From: Amoebophrya sp. A120
Lineage: Eukaryota; Protista; Dinoflagellata
DNA length: 64,000 nt
NCBI GenBank assembly: GCA_905178155.1
Contig: CAJINV010000008.1
Coordinates: 3,683,420-3,747,419 of the forward strand
Direction: 5' to 3'
The position numbers were made by a program, and so were the translations under genes. The notes beneath the pieces are model-generated. The model had not been told where the DNA came from. It made no database searches and was given only the letters and a program-made list of their open reading frames with translations. This document shows positions 1-11,671 of this stretch, in pieces. The first letter of the stretch is position 1; the number at the start of each line of letters is the position of its first letter.

Positions 1-1557
1 TCTTGAATTTTTTCGCTCGCAAGGCAACTACTATTTCGAAAATATCTCGTTGGAGCTTTTCTTTTCTCGCACGGTGTATTCGCATTTTTGCTTTGCGAAC
101 GAGATTTAACTGTTGCGAAGGGGGAGCTTCGTTTTCGAAAGTGTTTTATGACGATTGAAACCTGTACCAAATTTTCTGTAGGTCTGTAGCTTTTACACAT
201 TTCACTATCCGTACACTGTGTTGATAACAAACTCGCTGTCTGTAACAACGAAATTAGCTTTCCAAGATTTCAACTTTCTTTGTACCTAGTACCATTTGCG
301 AGCAATTTCCTCGACTGCGCCTTCTAACTCTCTTTGAAAATAAGTCTATGTAAATTTGTAGCAGAAACTAGTTGTCATTTCCAATTCACTTTGTCTAATT
401 TCACTTTGTTGAATCATAGGCCGCTATGATTCTTCATCGCTTCTCAAACTTTCTACCTTTCAAGAATTCAGGAACCTTGCACAAAATAAGTCACACTATT
501 TGCGAAGCGTGTGACTTGTTCAGGTCACTCGTCAGAGGAGAAAAATTCCCTTGTAAAGAAGCCTTCTAGAAGGCTTCGTAACAAATGAACCGAGGAAGCG
601 GATGATGTGTCAACAGACTTCTCCGTCTTGTTTTCGCACAAAAAATTTGCGCACCACTAGCATTTAATGTATGTACACATCCACAACTACGCTGACACGA
701 CAACCCCTGCTGGCGCAGCTCTAATATTATTGAAATATATTGAAGATGAAACTTCTATCTTGTATTTGACGATTTTGCGCAACTCAAGCTCGTTTGTATC
801 TGTCGCAAAAATCATCTGAGGATTGTCTTCTACCTTTACGATGTAACCTTCTACTTCTTGTACAGCAGCTGACAAGCTTTGTAATTGTTTGATGTAAGCA
901 CTTAAACTCAACACCTAAAAGGATTCGGGCGGCGAGCTTGCTACAACGACCTGTGGGCGTGTTCTCTAGGCTGTCACTCTTTTCGTACGTAACGATTTAA
1001 TATGCCGGCGCATGCATTGAGTGTTGCTAGGTTTCGCACATCGCTGGGCGGTCTGATCGTTCGCTGAGGGAACCGGAACTGAACCAGCGGAGAGAGAGAG
1101 CATGCACCGATGATGATCGGATTGTCTTTGTCTTCGTATGTGTATGATCGCTAATATTATCGCTCGGCCTATCCCTACCTACGAACAGAAACAGTTTTCG
1201 TGTCGTTTGCTCTCTTCTGGCTACGATTTCGGTGGCGATTGCTCGTTCGATTCACTTCGATGTTCACCCGTGCCAGAGCGCTCGGATATTCAGATTTCGA
1301 ATTTTTCTAGCATCCGGCAGAACGATGAACAGCTAATTTATTTCACCGTCGCCGTCTCTCTTGTTTTGCTAGTTGCAGCCAATCTGGCCTTCGCTTTGGT
1401 TTTTTCTAGCTTTTACGAAGAAATAAAGTGCAGGCACGGCGGTAAAGCAGGCCAGGCTCTCGTATTTGATACCAGTGTCACTCACAGTCACGACACCACG
1501 GGACGTATTTCATCCCCAAACCAGCAGTAGGCCTAGAGTAAAGACCACTTCGATAAA

Positions 1558-3806
1558 ATGGGGGACGAGGTGCCACAGCAGCTCATCTTCGAGAATGTGT
1601 CGCCTGCGACACGTTTGCTCGAAAAGCGGCGGCAGATGTACTAGATTTAGTTTATTTACGCCATTGCCACCTGGGCAGTCGAAATGCAATTCTGACGTCC
1701 AGCACAGTGAGAGTGCTACTTAATTTCTCGATCACAAACATTCGTCTTATGCGTTAAAAGCATGCGCGTAATGCCGCGTTTTTCGAATAAATTATCCTAA
1801 GTACAACTTACATTCGCAGTTCGATGAAATACAAAGCTTCAAAAAAATCTAAATCTTCGTAGGTACGAAGTTCAAGACGCCTTGGAAGCCCAGAAAGCCC
1901 GTTTTGCGCAGGAAGAAGAAGCGTTCGCGAAAAAGGAGGTGCAACTCCGAGCGAAAGATCTCCAGCTGCAGCAGCAACTCATAAAATTCAACAAGTTTCT
2001 CCAGGACAATGAAGCGAAAAGGAGAAGAGCAGAGACAAGGTAAATACTTGGTCTAGACGAGATTCATTCATTCGCGTTTGTAGTTGGTTCTCAAGCGAGG
2101 TGAAAAATCGCGGGCAGAGGCGACAATGAATTTTCTCATGCATGATCAGGATCATAGTGATAGCTTTTCGATCTGAGACTCGAAGATGAATCATGAAGAA
2201 AATGAGGACTGATGCATGAAACAAAACAGAGCCTCCGAGGAGCAGGCGCAGATACTTCAGAAAGAGGATATCAAATGTAAAAATAAATGTCTGGGTCTGG
2301 AAGATTGCCAGCTTTGTCATGCATATTTTGCATGACTCCTGATGTCTGTGATGCGTGCCCTAGCATCACAGATTTTGTGAGGGCTTCCTGATGCCTATAC
2401 CGCATGACACATGCTCTCTGCGTGTAGCAAAACTTAGACTCTCTTTGCTGCTCATGCAATACAGATTTTTTTATATTCCAAAATCAGCATGACAAGTTGC
2501 ATTCTTCCAGACCCAGACATTTTTACATTTGATAGAGGAGGAGATAGGGCAACTCCAAAAGAGGCTGGACGAAAGCCAGAGTTTGTGCTTGGAGCTGGAG
2601 GAGGACGTGTTGAAAAACTTGAAATACGAAGAATTTCTGGAGCTCGTCAAGGAAAACTCCGATGACTACAGCGAGATCCAGGACCTCGTCACAAGGTTTG
2701 AACAAATTAAATACTTGCAATTGAAACCAGAGTGGCGCGCATGCATGAGAATGGACGATGATGACAAATGTATAAATGCACGACCACGACTGACATCTAC
2801 GAATAAATGCAGATGTAATAACCCTTTATCAGGCACGAGACCCTGGAGGCGGCTCATCGCGACCTGATTGAGAGTCAGCAGAAGGCCGAGAACATGAACG
2901 AGGGCATAAGGAACGAGTACCAGAATTACCGCAAGGAGAAAGCCATGGAAGTTCTAGCACTAACCAACAAAACGGCGGCGCTCCAGGCGGAGCTCGAGGA
3001 CGTGGAAAAAAAGTGCTTGCAGCTGGAGGCCCTGGCGGAACACAGCCGTCAAGAAGAGTCGCAGCAGTCACTGTTTCTGGGCCAGATCATTATGAGTGTG
3101 GACAACCTGTTCCAGAGATGTACAGATTTTTTTGTTGATGTGAGAATATATAAGTGTTCTTGTATTTTTGGAATTCTGTACACGAAGTTTTAAATACCAC
3201 ATTATGCAGAAGCAGAGCCCTCGCGCAGGAGAATTGCTCGGGAAGATAAGGAGCGAGCAACTGCTATCAATTCGAACTCAAGGTAACCTGAAGCGACCCG
3301 CCATTCAGCACAGCAACGAGCTCGGAGAGAAGGCGTCCGCGATCGCGGCGATACAAAACGCAGACTCCTACGCGCCCAAAGTAACCTTCGCGGTCAAGCA
3401 ACTCCACGTCATTAAGGCGTATTGACCTTGTTCAGAACGATTATTTTCATTTCAGTTAATTCGTTGCTTCACGTTCTTACGTTATATTATTGGCATGTTA
3501 TGTAACCTCGGTTTAAGAAACGCACTACAGCTTTTCATTTAGTTTTTCGTAACAGTAGGATGAGGATTGCTGATGTGCATCGCAAGAGTAAAAATGCCCT
3601 GAAGCCATTTGGTTTTGGTACAACTAGAGTGTTGCGAAAGATCTGCAGCGATGTTGTCATTCCTAATCCTAAGGTACATAAAGGACCTGCGTGACATCCA
3701 GGATAGCATCAAGAAGGAAGGCCGCGGTCGCAAGAAAGAGGTGGTGACCGAATTCGGCACCAAGATTTCCGAGCCGGAATTTGTTTTTGAACGGGTGGCG
3801 AAATAA
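1558..3806 (+). CDS. CFAP73/CCDC42-like coiled-coil flagellar protein (DUF4200), 7 exons
   Basis: Spliced translation MGDEVPQQLIFENVSPATRLLEKRRQMYEVQDALEAQKARF...QLQQQLIKFNKFLQDNEAKRRRAE...KYEEFLELVKE...LGQIIMSVDNLFQRC fits the CCDC42/CFAP73 pattern. GT-AG introns 1638-1862, 2040-2229, 2696-2832, 3120-3282, 3419-3673, plus introner 2269-2534. Confidence 0.85.
2269..2534. mobile_element. Introner family A (non-canonical intron, MITE-like)
   Basis: TIR tatcaaatgtaaaa..atgtctgggtctggaag / cttccagacccagacatttttacatttgata; DR gagga/gagga; removing the element plus one DR restores QKEEEIGQ. Confidence 0.93.
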
Positions 3807-3870
3807 GAGGAAACGGAGCTGATGTGGAACGAATGTTTGCCACTACAGCGCAGGAGCTAATTACAACGGA

Positions 3871-4127
3871 TTGAGATTCAGTTTAATACAGATTCAGATT
3901 CAGTAGAGCAGGAGGACGAGGAACGTCTTACTTTCTTCACGGTGTACTCGTGTTGATATTGAGCCGTTCTTCTAGCTTGTTCGCAGCAAGAGCTTGAGAT
4001 TCAGATTTAACAGATTCAAAGCAAGAGACAACGGAATTGAATACGAAGTACATCCGATCAGGCCATGGCTCTGTGGTCTGGGGTGCTCGTTGTCTACTTG
4101 AGATTCAGATCTTAGATTCAGATTCAC
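3871..4127. repeat. Degenerate minisatellite: three blocks of ttgagattcag...agattca
   Basis: Blocks near 3871, 3993 and 4097, downstream of the CFAP73-like stop. Confidence 0.55.
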
Positions 4128-4833
4128 CGGACGAGAGTCCAGCATGTCCTCTGTGTGTAGTTTAATTGATACCGCGCAGCAGGATTTCTGCGAAATTTTG
4201 ATGGAAAATGCCACCGTCTGTATCTATAGAAAATGAAGGTCGTCCGATGCCGGAACGGACATGTACTAAAAAAGAAAAAAAGAAGCTGTATCATCGATCA
4301 TGCGCATTTCTCCTGGCTTTCGCTAGTCTGGGAGGCGTGTTGCTGAGTATTCATATTGTTGCAGTCGCTCTTGCAGCGCCTGCATATTGGGTAGGTTGAT
4401 GATGTTCATGTTCAATGAACGCCCCTGGTTGTTGGATAAGTTTCCTATGCCACCAAGAATGAGTAAGAATGTCGGAACAACAAGGTAGAAAGTCAAAGTG
4501 CCACAGCCACAGGGACATCACAGTCATTCACCAGAGACGATTTGTGTAGTGTATTCCTTTATTTGACGTCCTCGCTATTAGCCAAATTTAAACGACCTTG
4601 TTGCATAATGAAAGAGCAAGAACAACGAACAGAAGCCTTATGCGGCAACACGAGTATGATGATATCGACAGACTTGTGTAGAAAGAAGTAGAACAAAAAA
4701 ACAACAAGAACTATTATGCTGTTGCTGCCGCTTCTCTGGGTGATCCACCAGTGATTCTAGATTTTTTACAGAAGAAGTGCAGCGGCTGCGAGAAGCGACG
4801 AGGGCCGTTGATTTATTCCACGAAGGAGCTAAT

Positions 4834-6179
4834 ATGACGTCTTCGCGCCAGAAGCACCAGCGCGCCGAGCATAGCGGAAAGCATGGTGGGAAAGAGAGCG
4901 GCAAGGGCGCGGTGGTAGGAATCGTTTTCGCCGTCGCACTAGCCGCCGGTCTCTACATGTTCCGGGGTCCGGTGGGCTCCTTCGTACTGCCGAAGTTTGT
5001 CCTTACAAAAACCATATCAAATGCAAAAGTGTTTGGGTCTGGAACAAAGCAACTTGTCATGCTAAATCTGAATCATGTGAAAATCTGTGTTGCGTGGTTG
5101 CCAAAAGGAAGCTGTCCACTTTTAACCTAATCCAGAGGCAGTGTCTCATGCAGCGTAGGCATGATAGAACTCTCACAGAATCTGTCATGCTTTCTCCTTC
5201 AAACCAGACCTCATGGGTCATGGGCAACCTGCATGACAAGTCTGGCACTCTTCCAGACCCAGACACTTTTGCAGTTGATAAGCCACCAGCGCAAAAAAGC
5301 CGGACGGCGAATTCGCCCTGCTGGGTTGGGCAAACTGGCTGGAAAAAGTGGGAACCAGTGCGGACGTCGTCAGATGCTGTTACGCGGTGGTACTCACTTT
5401 TTTATATTTTGTTTATTGACCACTCGTTTGCGTCATTAATAATCCGTTGCCGTTTCATCTCACTGCTCAATCAAGTTCTTCTTCTGCTAGCTTTATGCGT
5501 GACTTTCACTTTACATGTTGACGCCGACAGAACATTTTTTCTCTGCATGTTAATATCGGCGGTCGTGTTGAGACAAAGCCAAAACTTGAACTTCATCACA
5601 GAACTTCAAAGAGATGCACGATTCCTGGTGCAGCACAAACTCGAGCCTGTCTATGATGGACGACGGGATAAAGATCCTGTCCCAGTGCAGCGAGAACCTT
5701 CGGGGGCGCACAGAATACCCAATCGAGAGCTTCCACGCCGACAAATACGAGGGTAAGGTCAGGCACTCCACACGGGGAAGCGGCGCCGTTTTCCTCATTA
5801 GCGAGTTCAAGAGAAGGGCAAGCAGGCTGAAGACGGCGAAACCGAGTGATGGTATCTACCTAAACCCTAAACTACTAGAGAAGCAAAAGGGTTCTCCTCA
5901 ATCTAAGCTAGCATGATTTTGAACTGATAGTGATAAAGCAAACTTGTTTGTCCCAGAACAAGTAGACTTCATTCGATGCTGCTACTTGCCTAGGAGCGAT
6001 GTTGAGATGATAAAGATGCATCATTTTGCTACGATCATAGCACCCCTACAACAACAGCAATCTCCCCTATGGCTGGTAGTCCAGTGTGCAAGATCTTGGA
6101 GGGCTGCGCCAACGACAAAACGAAAGGCGAGAAACCCTGCCGGGAAGTGCGGAAGTTGCTCGGCGACTGCTTTGCATAA
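4834..6179 (+). CDS. Hypothetical Cys-containing protein with N-terminal TM anchor, 4 exons
   Basis: MTSSRQK...AVVGIVFAVALAAGLYMF. Removing introner 5015-5280 and GT-AG introns 5387-5601 and 5852-6084 gives an open frame ending ...VCKILEGCANDKTKGEKPCREVRKLLGDCFA*. Confidence 0.65.
5015..5280. mobile_element. Introner family A, inverted relative to the copies at 31008 and 38872
   Basis: Same TIR; the interior is the reverse complement of 38872-39135; DR aacca/agcca. Confidence 0.92.
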
Positions 6180-7434
6180 CAGGAAGAAGCAGGAGGCCAT
6201 TTTTGTGGAAGTGTAGCTTTGCACAGCAAGAATTAGGGGACCGAACACATCAAGGCACGACTTGGGCAACTGAGAACAAGCGACGGCCACAGGACCGCAC
6301 TTTCGTGGTGCTTCTTTTGCTCGCGACGCGACTCGTGTAAATGTATAATGCATGTCAACACATTGAGCGCTTCAACATTTCTGGTCGCAAACCAGAGCTG
6401 CGACATAGGGAAACGCGAAACAATAACACCTGGTGTGTGACCTCTTCAAGCCACTGGCACTGGAGGTATAGAGAAAGAACCCAAAGACAAAGAGTCAATA
6501 AACTTGAGCGATCTTTTCACGCACGTCTGCGCAAAGATACGAAAAGACGTCAAGCATAGTGCGACACTAAAAATCTCTCTGGCGGGCCGCGAATTTCGGC
6601 TGGGGTGCCTATGATCTGCGGTGTATATGCAGATTGGCAGACACGGTTGTGACAACTCTGAAGATATTGAACTATCGGAATGAGCAGCCATCTTTTTTCG
6701 AATCAAGAAAGCTGCGAACTGCTGTAGCTGCTTTTCATCGTAAGTACTACCAGAAGTAGAGCGGAAATTACAGGGACCACGAGAGAGCGCGGCCGCGGGC
6801 GGGGCAGAAGTTATAAACAAAGTCCATGCAACTCCTCCGACTTGCGAATGCTGGCGATGAATAAAGATAGAATCTTCGTTGAGGGTCTGGTCGTTGCTGT
6901 ACAAGGAAGCCCAAGTGCGCATTCTGAAGAGGAGGGAGTCAGTGCTTCCTTTTTCTTAGTGTCTAGTTCCGTACGTCGATACGAAACAGAGCGAAAAAAA
7001 TATGCTGGTGAAGATCCAGATGAGAGAGAGAGATCGATCTACTTGCGCAAACCTCAGGCCCCGGTACAAGTCAACATTGGGCAATTACCGGAATAATGTG
7101 TGCGTTGCGAACTCGCATCCGATTCCGAACCATCATGGCAGAAGCACGTTAACGCTTGCTTTCACGCACGAAAGAACTCCGTGTCTCGTTCCGCGTCGTG
7201 GCGCTCCCTGCTCAGTGCCCTGCCGAAGCGTTCTTTGGTAGGCATCGATTGTCTTCTTGACGGGTGGACAAGTGCAGAAGCTAACCGACGGGGAAGAAGC
7301 GCCAGCGGAGAAATAAACGAAGGTCCCTTATTTACGCGAGTTCTAGTACTCCTTGCACCTGTGTTGAAATTGACTACGGAGAACCTCCGAAAAATTGCAC
7401 ATCCCCGCCGACCCGCACCACCAGCACAGTTACC

Positions 7435-10400
7435 ATGAGTGCGACGCTTGCGTGGGATTCGTTCCTTGGGGTGGGGCAGCAGCCCCCCGCCATGATGACC
7501 AACGCGCGCATTGTTGCCTTTGACCGGCAAAACTTCGTCTTGGTGGGGGGGCTCACCGGGCGAAGGAGCAAGCGCGTTTTCAATCTGCGGAACTACGGAG
7601 AACAAGGCTGGCAGTGGCGCGATATCACTCCCAAACTCGGGGATGCTTTTGAAGAGGTATCTATACATAGCTGTCGAAGTAGGAACAAAAATCAATCATC
7701 CCGCGTTCTGGTAGTCGTATTTTTCGTTCTGCAATAAAGGTGAACATATGTGATCGCATATATCAGTTTGCACGAAACATGGTTCTCAACTCCAGGTTTG
7801 CAACCAGGCGATGTGCGCCCTCCGCTACGAGGACAAGCTGCCGAGAAACAAAGTGAACCTGACGCGGGGGCGGTGTATGCTGTTCGTTTTCGGTGGCCAA
7901 GTGCAGGGTGGCGTGAACGACGCGGGCCGGCCGGTGCTCTCAAGTGCGACCTATTTTCTGGATTTGGAAAATCCGATCGGACCAATCTGGCGCAAACTCT
8001 TTTGCCCCGAGGCACCGACCGCAAGAGAGGGAGCCTGTGGTGAGTCGGTGTTTTCTATTTCTTTGATGCGCGATGATCTTCTTTTCGTATAAGAAACCGA
8101 CCTAAAAATGCTAACATAGTCCTAATCCTCTCGCTCTCTTTCACATTCATCATCGAAGCCAGCCACAAGCTTTGGCCCCTATGTCACTTGTGTCTACATC
8201 AAGTTGATGTTGCGACAACAACATCATCACCTAGCGCTGGTACACCGCGGTGAGATCTTTCTCTTTGGAGGCCGTGCCGCCGCTATGAGCAACAGCAACG
8301 GAATCATGGCGGATATGTGGAGCCTCGACATCGACCAGTGCGATATGAATGCCCAGGTGCAGTCCGCCGAGGCATACGGAGGAGGTGAGAAAAAGAACCA
8401 AGTTAGTGATGCAAATACTAATGCGTTTTACAACTACATGCAGTTAGAAGAGCAGATTCTGATTCACAAAGATGTTCTTGTCAAAGGAAGCGATGGCCAT
8501 TTTCTATGGCTCCTGCACTAGTAGCTGTAATTAATGTACAGCGGATGAGCGACGTGGACGTCGTACCTATTTAGCTTTTGATTCTTTCAGGTCTCGGCGG
8601 CTCAACATGGGTACCACACGCCACAGCTATGCACAAAAAAAAAACGCCTTGTAGCTTCGGAGTGTTCATCATTACTTGTCCCCGAAAGTTTCACCTTCTG
8701 GCGCCTTGAGCTGGTTTGGCATGCCTATATAATGGAGCCCACCAGCGATTGCATTGGCATTTGCACGGTTCACCGCTTTCACGACAAACAAGCCAAGTAG
8801 AACATCACTGCCGAAGTCGCAATGTGGTCGTTTCTCAACGCATGCATACGCCTCAAGTCCGGACGGTACCCGAAGGGGCGCTACGGCCACGCGATGGTGT
8901 CCATCGCGGACAAGATTTACCTGTTCGGTGGTATGAGCGACCAGAAGCTCGGGGACTTGTGGTGCTACACGCCGGCCACGACAAGTTTTTCCTCCTCCGG
9001 CATTCTGAAACGGTCCACGGCGACGTCGTCCAGCAGCGGCAACTCCTGGAACCCGGTGCGCACGGTCGGAAAAACGCCGGCGGCGCGGTCCGGGCACGGG
9101 ATGCTATACGTGGAGCCGGACTCGCTAGTGGTGTGGGGCGGGATGCTGAAGGACGCACCCGGTGGCTTTCCCGTGATGGGCACGACGGTGTACGTGTTAG
9201 ATCTGCAGTGCCTCTATTGGACCACGCCGTACGTGCTGGGCGAGTGCCCGCCCCCGCGAAAGTCCATGGCGGTTTCCGACTTCACGGGCGGGATATTCGT
9301 GTGTTACGGGGGCGCACCCTGCGGCGACGTGTTCCGCAACTGCATCGAGACGCCGCAAAGAGCTTTTGTGTACACGCTACGCAGCACGCTGGATGACGCG
9401 GTGAGCAGCTCCGTCACCAATAATAACGCGGAGAACAGCGCCGGCGGCGCGGCCAAGGGTGGAGATGCTGAGGCGGGGGCTTCTACTTCACAAGCGCCGC
9501 CGGCAACCGGGGACGTGGGCAACATTTCCGCCAAAGCTAGCGAGCACTTCTTGACGGAGGGCCGAGATCGGCTGCTATCCCTGAAATTGCAGCTGGAAAG
9601 ACGGAAGAAGGAGGTGATCGAGCTCGTCTCCCAACTGCACAAGGAGCAGGCACAGCGGGAGCAGAAGGACAGGATCCTGCGCAACTTGTCCAAAGACATT
9701 TTCTCCGTCGACAACGAAATGTCGTACCTGCAAAAGCGGAACAAAATCCTCTACCGCATCGGCCTCGCGGAGCAGTCCCTGCGAAAATCCTGTGAGTCCA
9801 GCTGTCAGAAGTTGAAGGGACTGGCCTCCGTCGTCGAAGCGATCATGATCGCGAAGGAGGGGGGCGACGACTACATCAAGGACCTGCTCAGTAGCGCGAC
9901 AGCAGGCGGGGGGGCTAGTGCTGGGGGTATCAAGAAGGGAGCACCAGGAGGACAGCAAGCCGAGTCGGAGGACGACGAGCTGATGCGCAGGATTTTCTGT
10001 AGCCACCTACACAGCAGCAACCTGGAGGAAGGTGGGGACCATCAGCAGCAAGTAGAGCCCAACGCCGACGGCAGCTTCACCGTGGCATTAACCGCCAACG
10101 CGTCCGGCTCCAAAAGTGCGGCGGGTGGGAATGGCAAGGACGCGGCTCCGGGGATGAAAAGCGGGAACAACAAGGGGGGAAGCAATCCGAGCTCAAGAAG
10201 GAACTCCAGTGCCACCGCAAACAGTAACTTCGAGGACGAGGACGCCGCGGCGGAGGCAGTATTCATGATTTTAGGAGGGAGTTTTTGTAGCGTTCTTGCA
10301 GTACTTTTACTAGATGTAAATTGATGCAGAAGGAGGGCATGATGTTCTGCTATCATGCAATGTTGCCTTGTAGTACCACGTAAAAGGAGCAAAGAGTAGG

Positions 10401-11193
10401 AGGACACGACGTAGCACCTAGCACCTTCGTAGTGACTCAGACTGTGGTGCAAGAATCGTCAACATGATCACTGTATCTTCGTCTGACAGGCCGAAGCCGA
10501 GCTGGAGGAGCTCGAGAAGGAGCACAAGGACCTGCTGAAGCAAGTTCTGGCCCAAGAGAAGAAGCACAGCACGGAGGAGCGCAAATTGGGCGACTTGTTG
10601 CAGCAGCTCCGCGTGGACCTGGGCGTGCTCGATGACACGCAGGCCCTGCACGAGCAACGCGGGCAACAGCAGCAGCTTGGAGCAGGGTCGTCTTCCCCGA
10701 ACAAGCACAATCGGTCCGGGTCGCGTATGTCCCCCGATCGGGTCGAGGACGCGCTATCGCCTAGACTGTCAGACTATGCATTGCAAAAGTGTCTGGGTCT
10801 GAAAACTTGTGATGCTGGGTGGCGTATCATGAGGAGGTCACAAGTGCTGGCGCAGCATGACAAGCCTCCGAGCTTATAGGTGTTGCCGATTCTGCATGAC
10901 AGCATGACAGAAAAATCATGGGGTTCTTGGGTAACGTGCATGACAGATTGCAGAGTAATGCCAGACCAGCATGACAAACGTGCACTCTTCCAGGCCCAGA
11001 CATCTTTGCATTTGATACAGACCGGGGGGAGAATTATCCGTCGGGGAATGTTAGCGTGCCGCCTTTGAAGTTCTACAATGACGGCGAAGTGGAGCAGGAC
11101 GAGGACGAACAAGCGGGTGATGCTGGCGACAGGCAGCAAGAAATTACTTCTCCGCTAGTGGAGCTAGACCCTGGAGGCGCAGAGTTTATATGA
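7435..11193 (+). CDS. Kelch-repeat protein with C-terminal coiled coil; C-terminus truncated by an LTR insertion
   Basis: Kelch motifs FVLVGG, LFVFGGQ, IFLFGGR, PKGRYGHAMVSIADKIYLFGG, PAARSGH. GT-AG introns 7657-7795, 8040-8234, 8385-8590, 10259-10489; introners 8628-8848 and 10775-11017. The stop (TGA 11191-11193) is supplied by the LTR. Confidence 0.8.
8628..8848. mobile_element. Old, eroded introner
   Basis: Termini tatgca...tgcata; DR decayed (acagc/cgcct), but removing element+5 nt restores WVPHAxxKSGRYPKGRYGH in frame. Confidence 0.55.
10775..11017. mobile_element. Introner family A
   Basis: tatgcattgcaaaagtgtctgggtctg / caggcccagacatctttgcatttgata; DR cagac/cagac; frame restored (RLSDRGENYP). 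Confidence 0.9.
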
Positions 11194-11552
11194 CACATAA
11201 ATCATCAACCAACGATAAGAACCTTGATCCACTCCAAAGATCCAAAGCACACCTAAACGGGCACGATCGTCACTAATTCAATTCTACTAGAGTAAGATGA
11301 CTACTGAACCTGAAACAGGCTAAGACGGGCACGAACGTCACGGCAAGAATAGTGAAGGTTCCCGAGTGCCCCAGTTTTGCCTGGGCACGCAGTACCATCG
11401 ACCTTTACTCTTCCAATGAACCCCAGGGCCCTTGATGCCAGTCAAGGCACACACACAAATAATCTCTCATGCATATTTGTACCACCTCAACTAGGTGTTG
11501 TTTTTACTCGTAGTGGGTTCGACCTCGTCGTTGGTTAGTTCGCATCTTCACA
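11189..11552 (+). repeat. 5' LTR (364 bp, TA...CA)
   Basis: Matches 17866-18233 except one A/G substitution and a 4-bp (ccag) indel, compared by eye. Confidence 0.96.
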
Positions 11553-11566
11553 GAGTTATGAGCCCA
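11553..11566 (+). promoter_or_regulatory. Primer-binding site, internal (half-tRNA) iMet type
   Basis: gagttatgagccca directly after the LTR resembles the Drosophila copia PBS GGTTATGGGCCCA, which pairs with the tRNA-iMet anticodon arm. Confidence 0.75.
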
Positions 11567-11671
11567 AATTACCACTAAGATTTACTTCTGATTGCGAACA
11601 TTTAAAATTACACTTTGCGCCTAATTATCAGCATTACAAATTTAGAATCATAAATACCCCAACGACAAACC

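Noticed and set aside
687-914. Minus-strand 75-aa ORF as a transposase remnant
   Set aside because: No recognisable motif or termini.
5094-5756. ORFs with recurring peptides such as LHDKSGTLPDPD or FQTQTFLHL as a gene family
   Set aside because: They are translations of introner TIRs.
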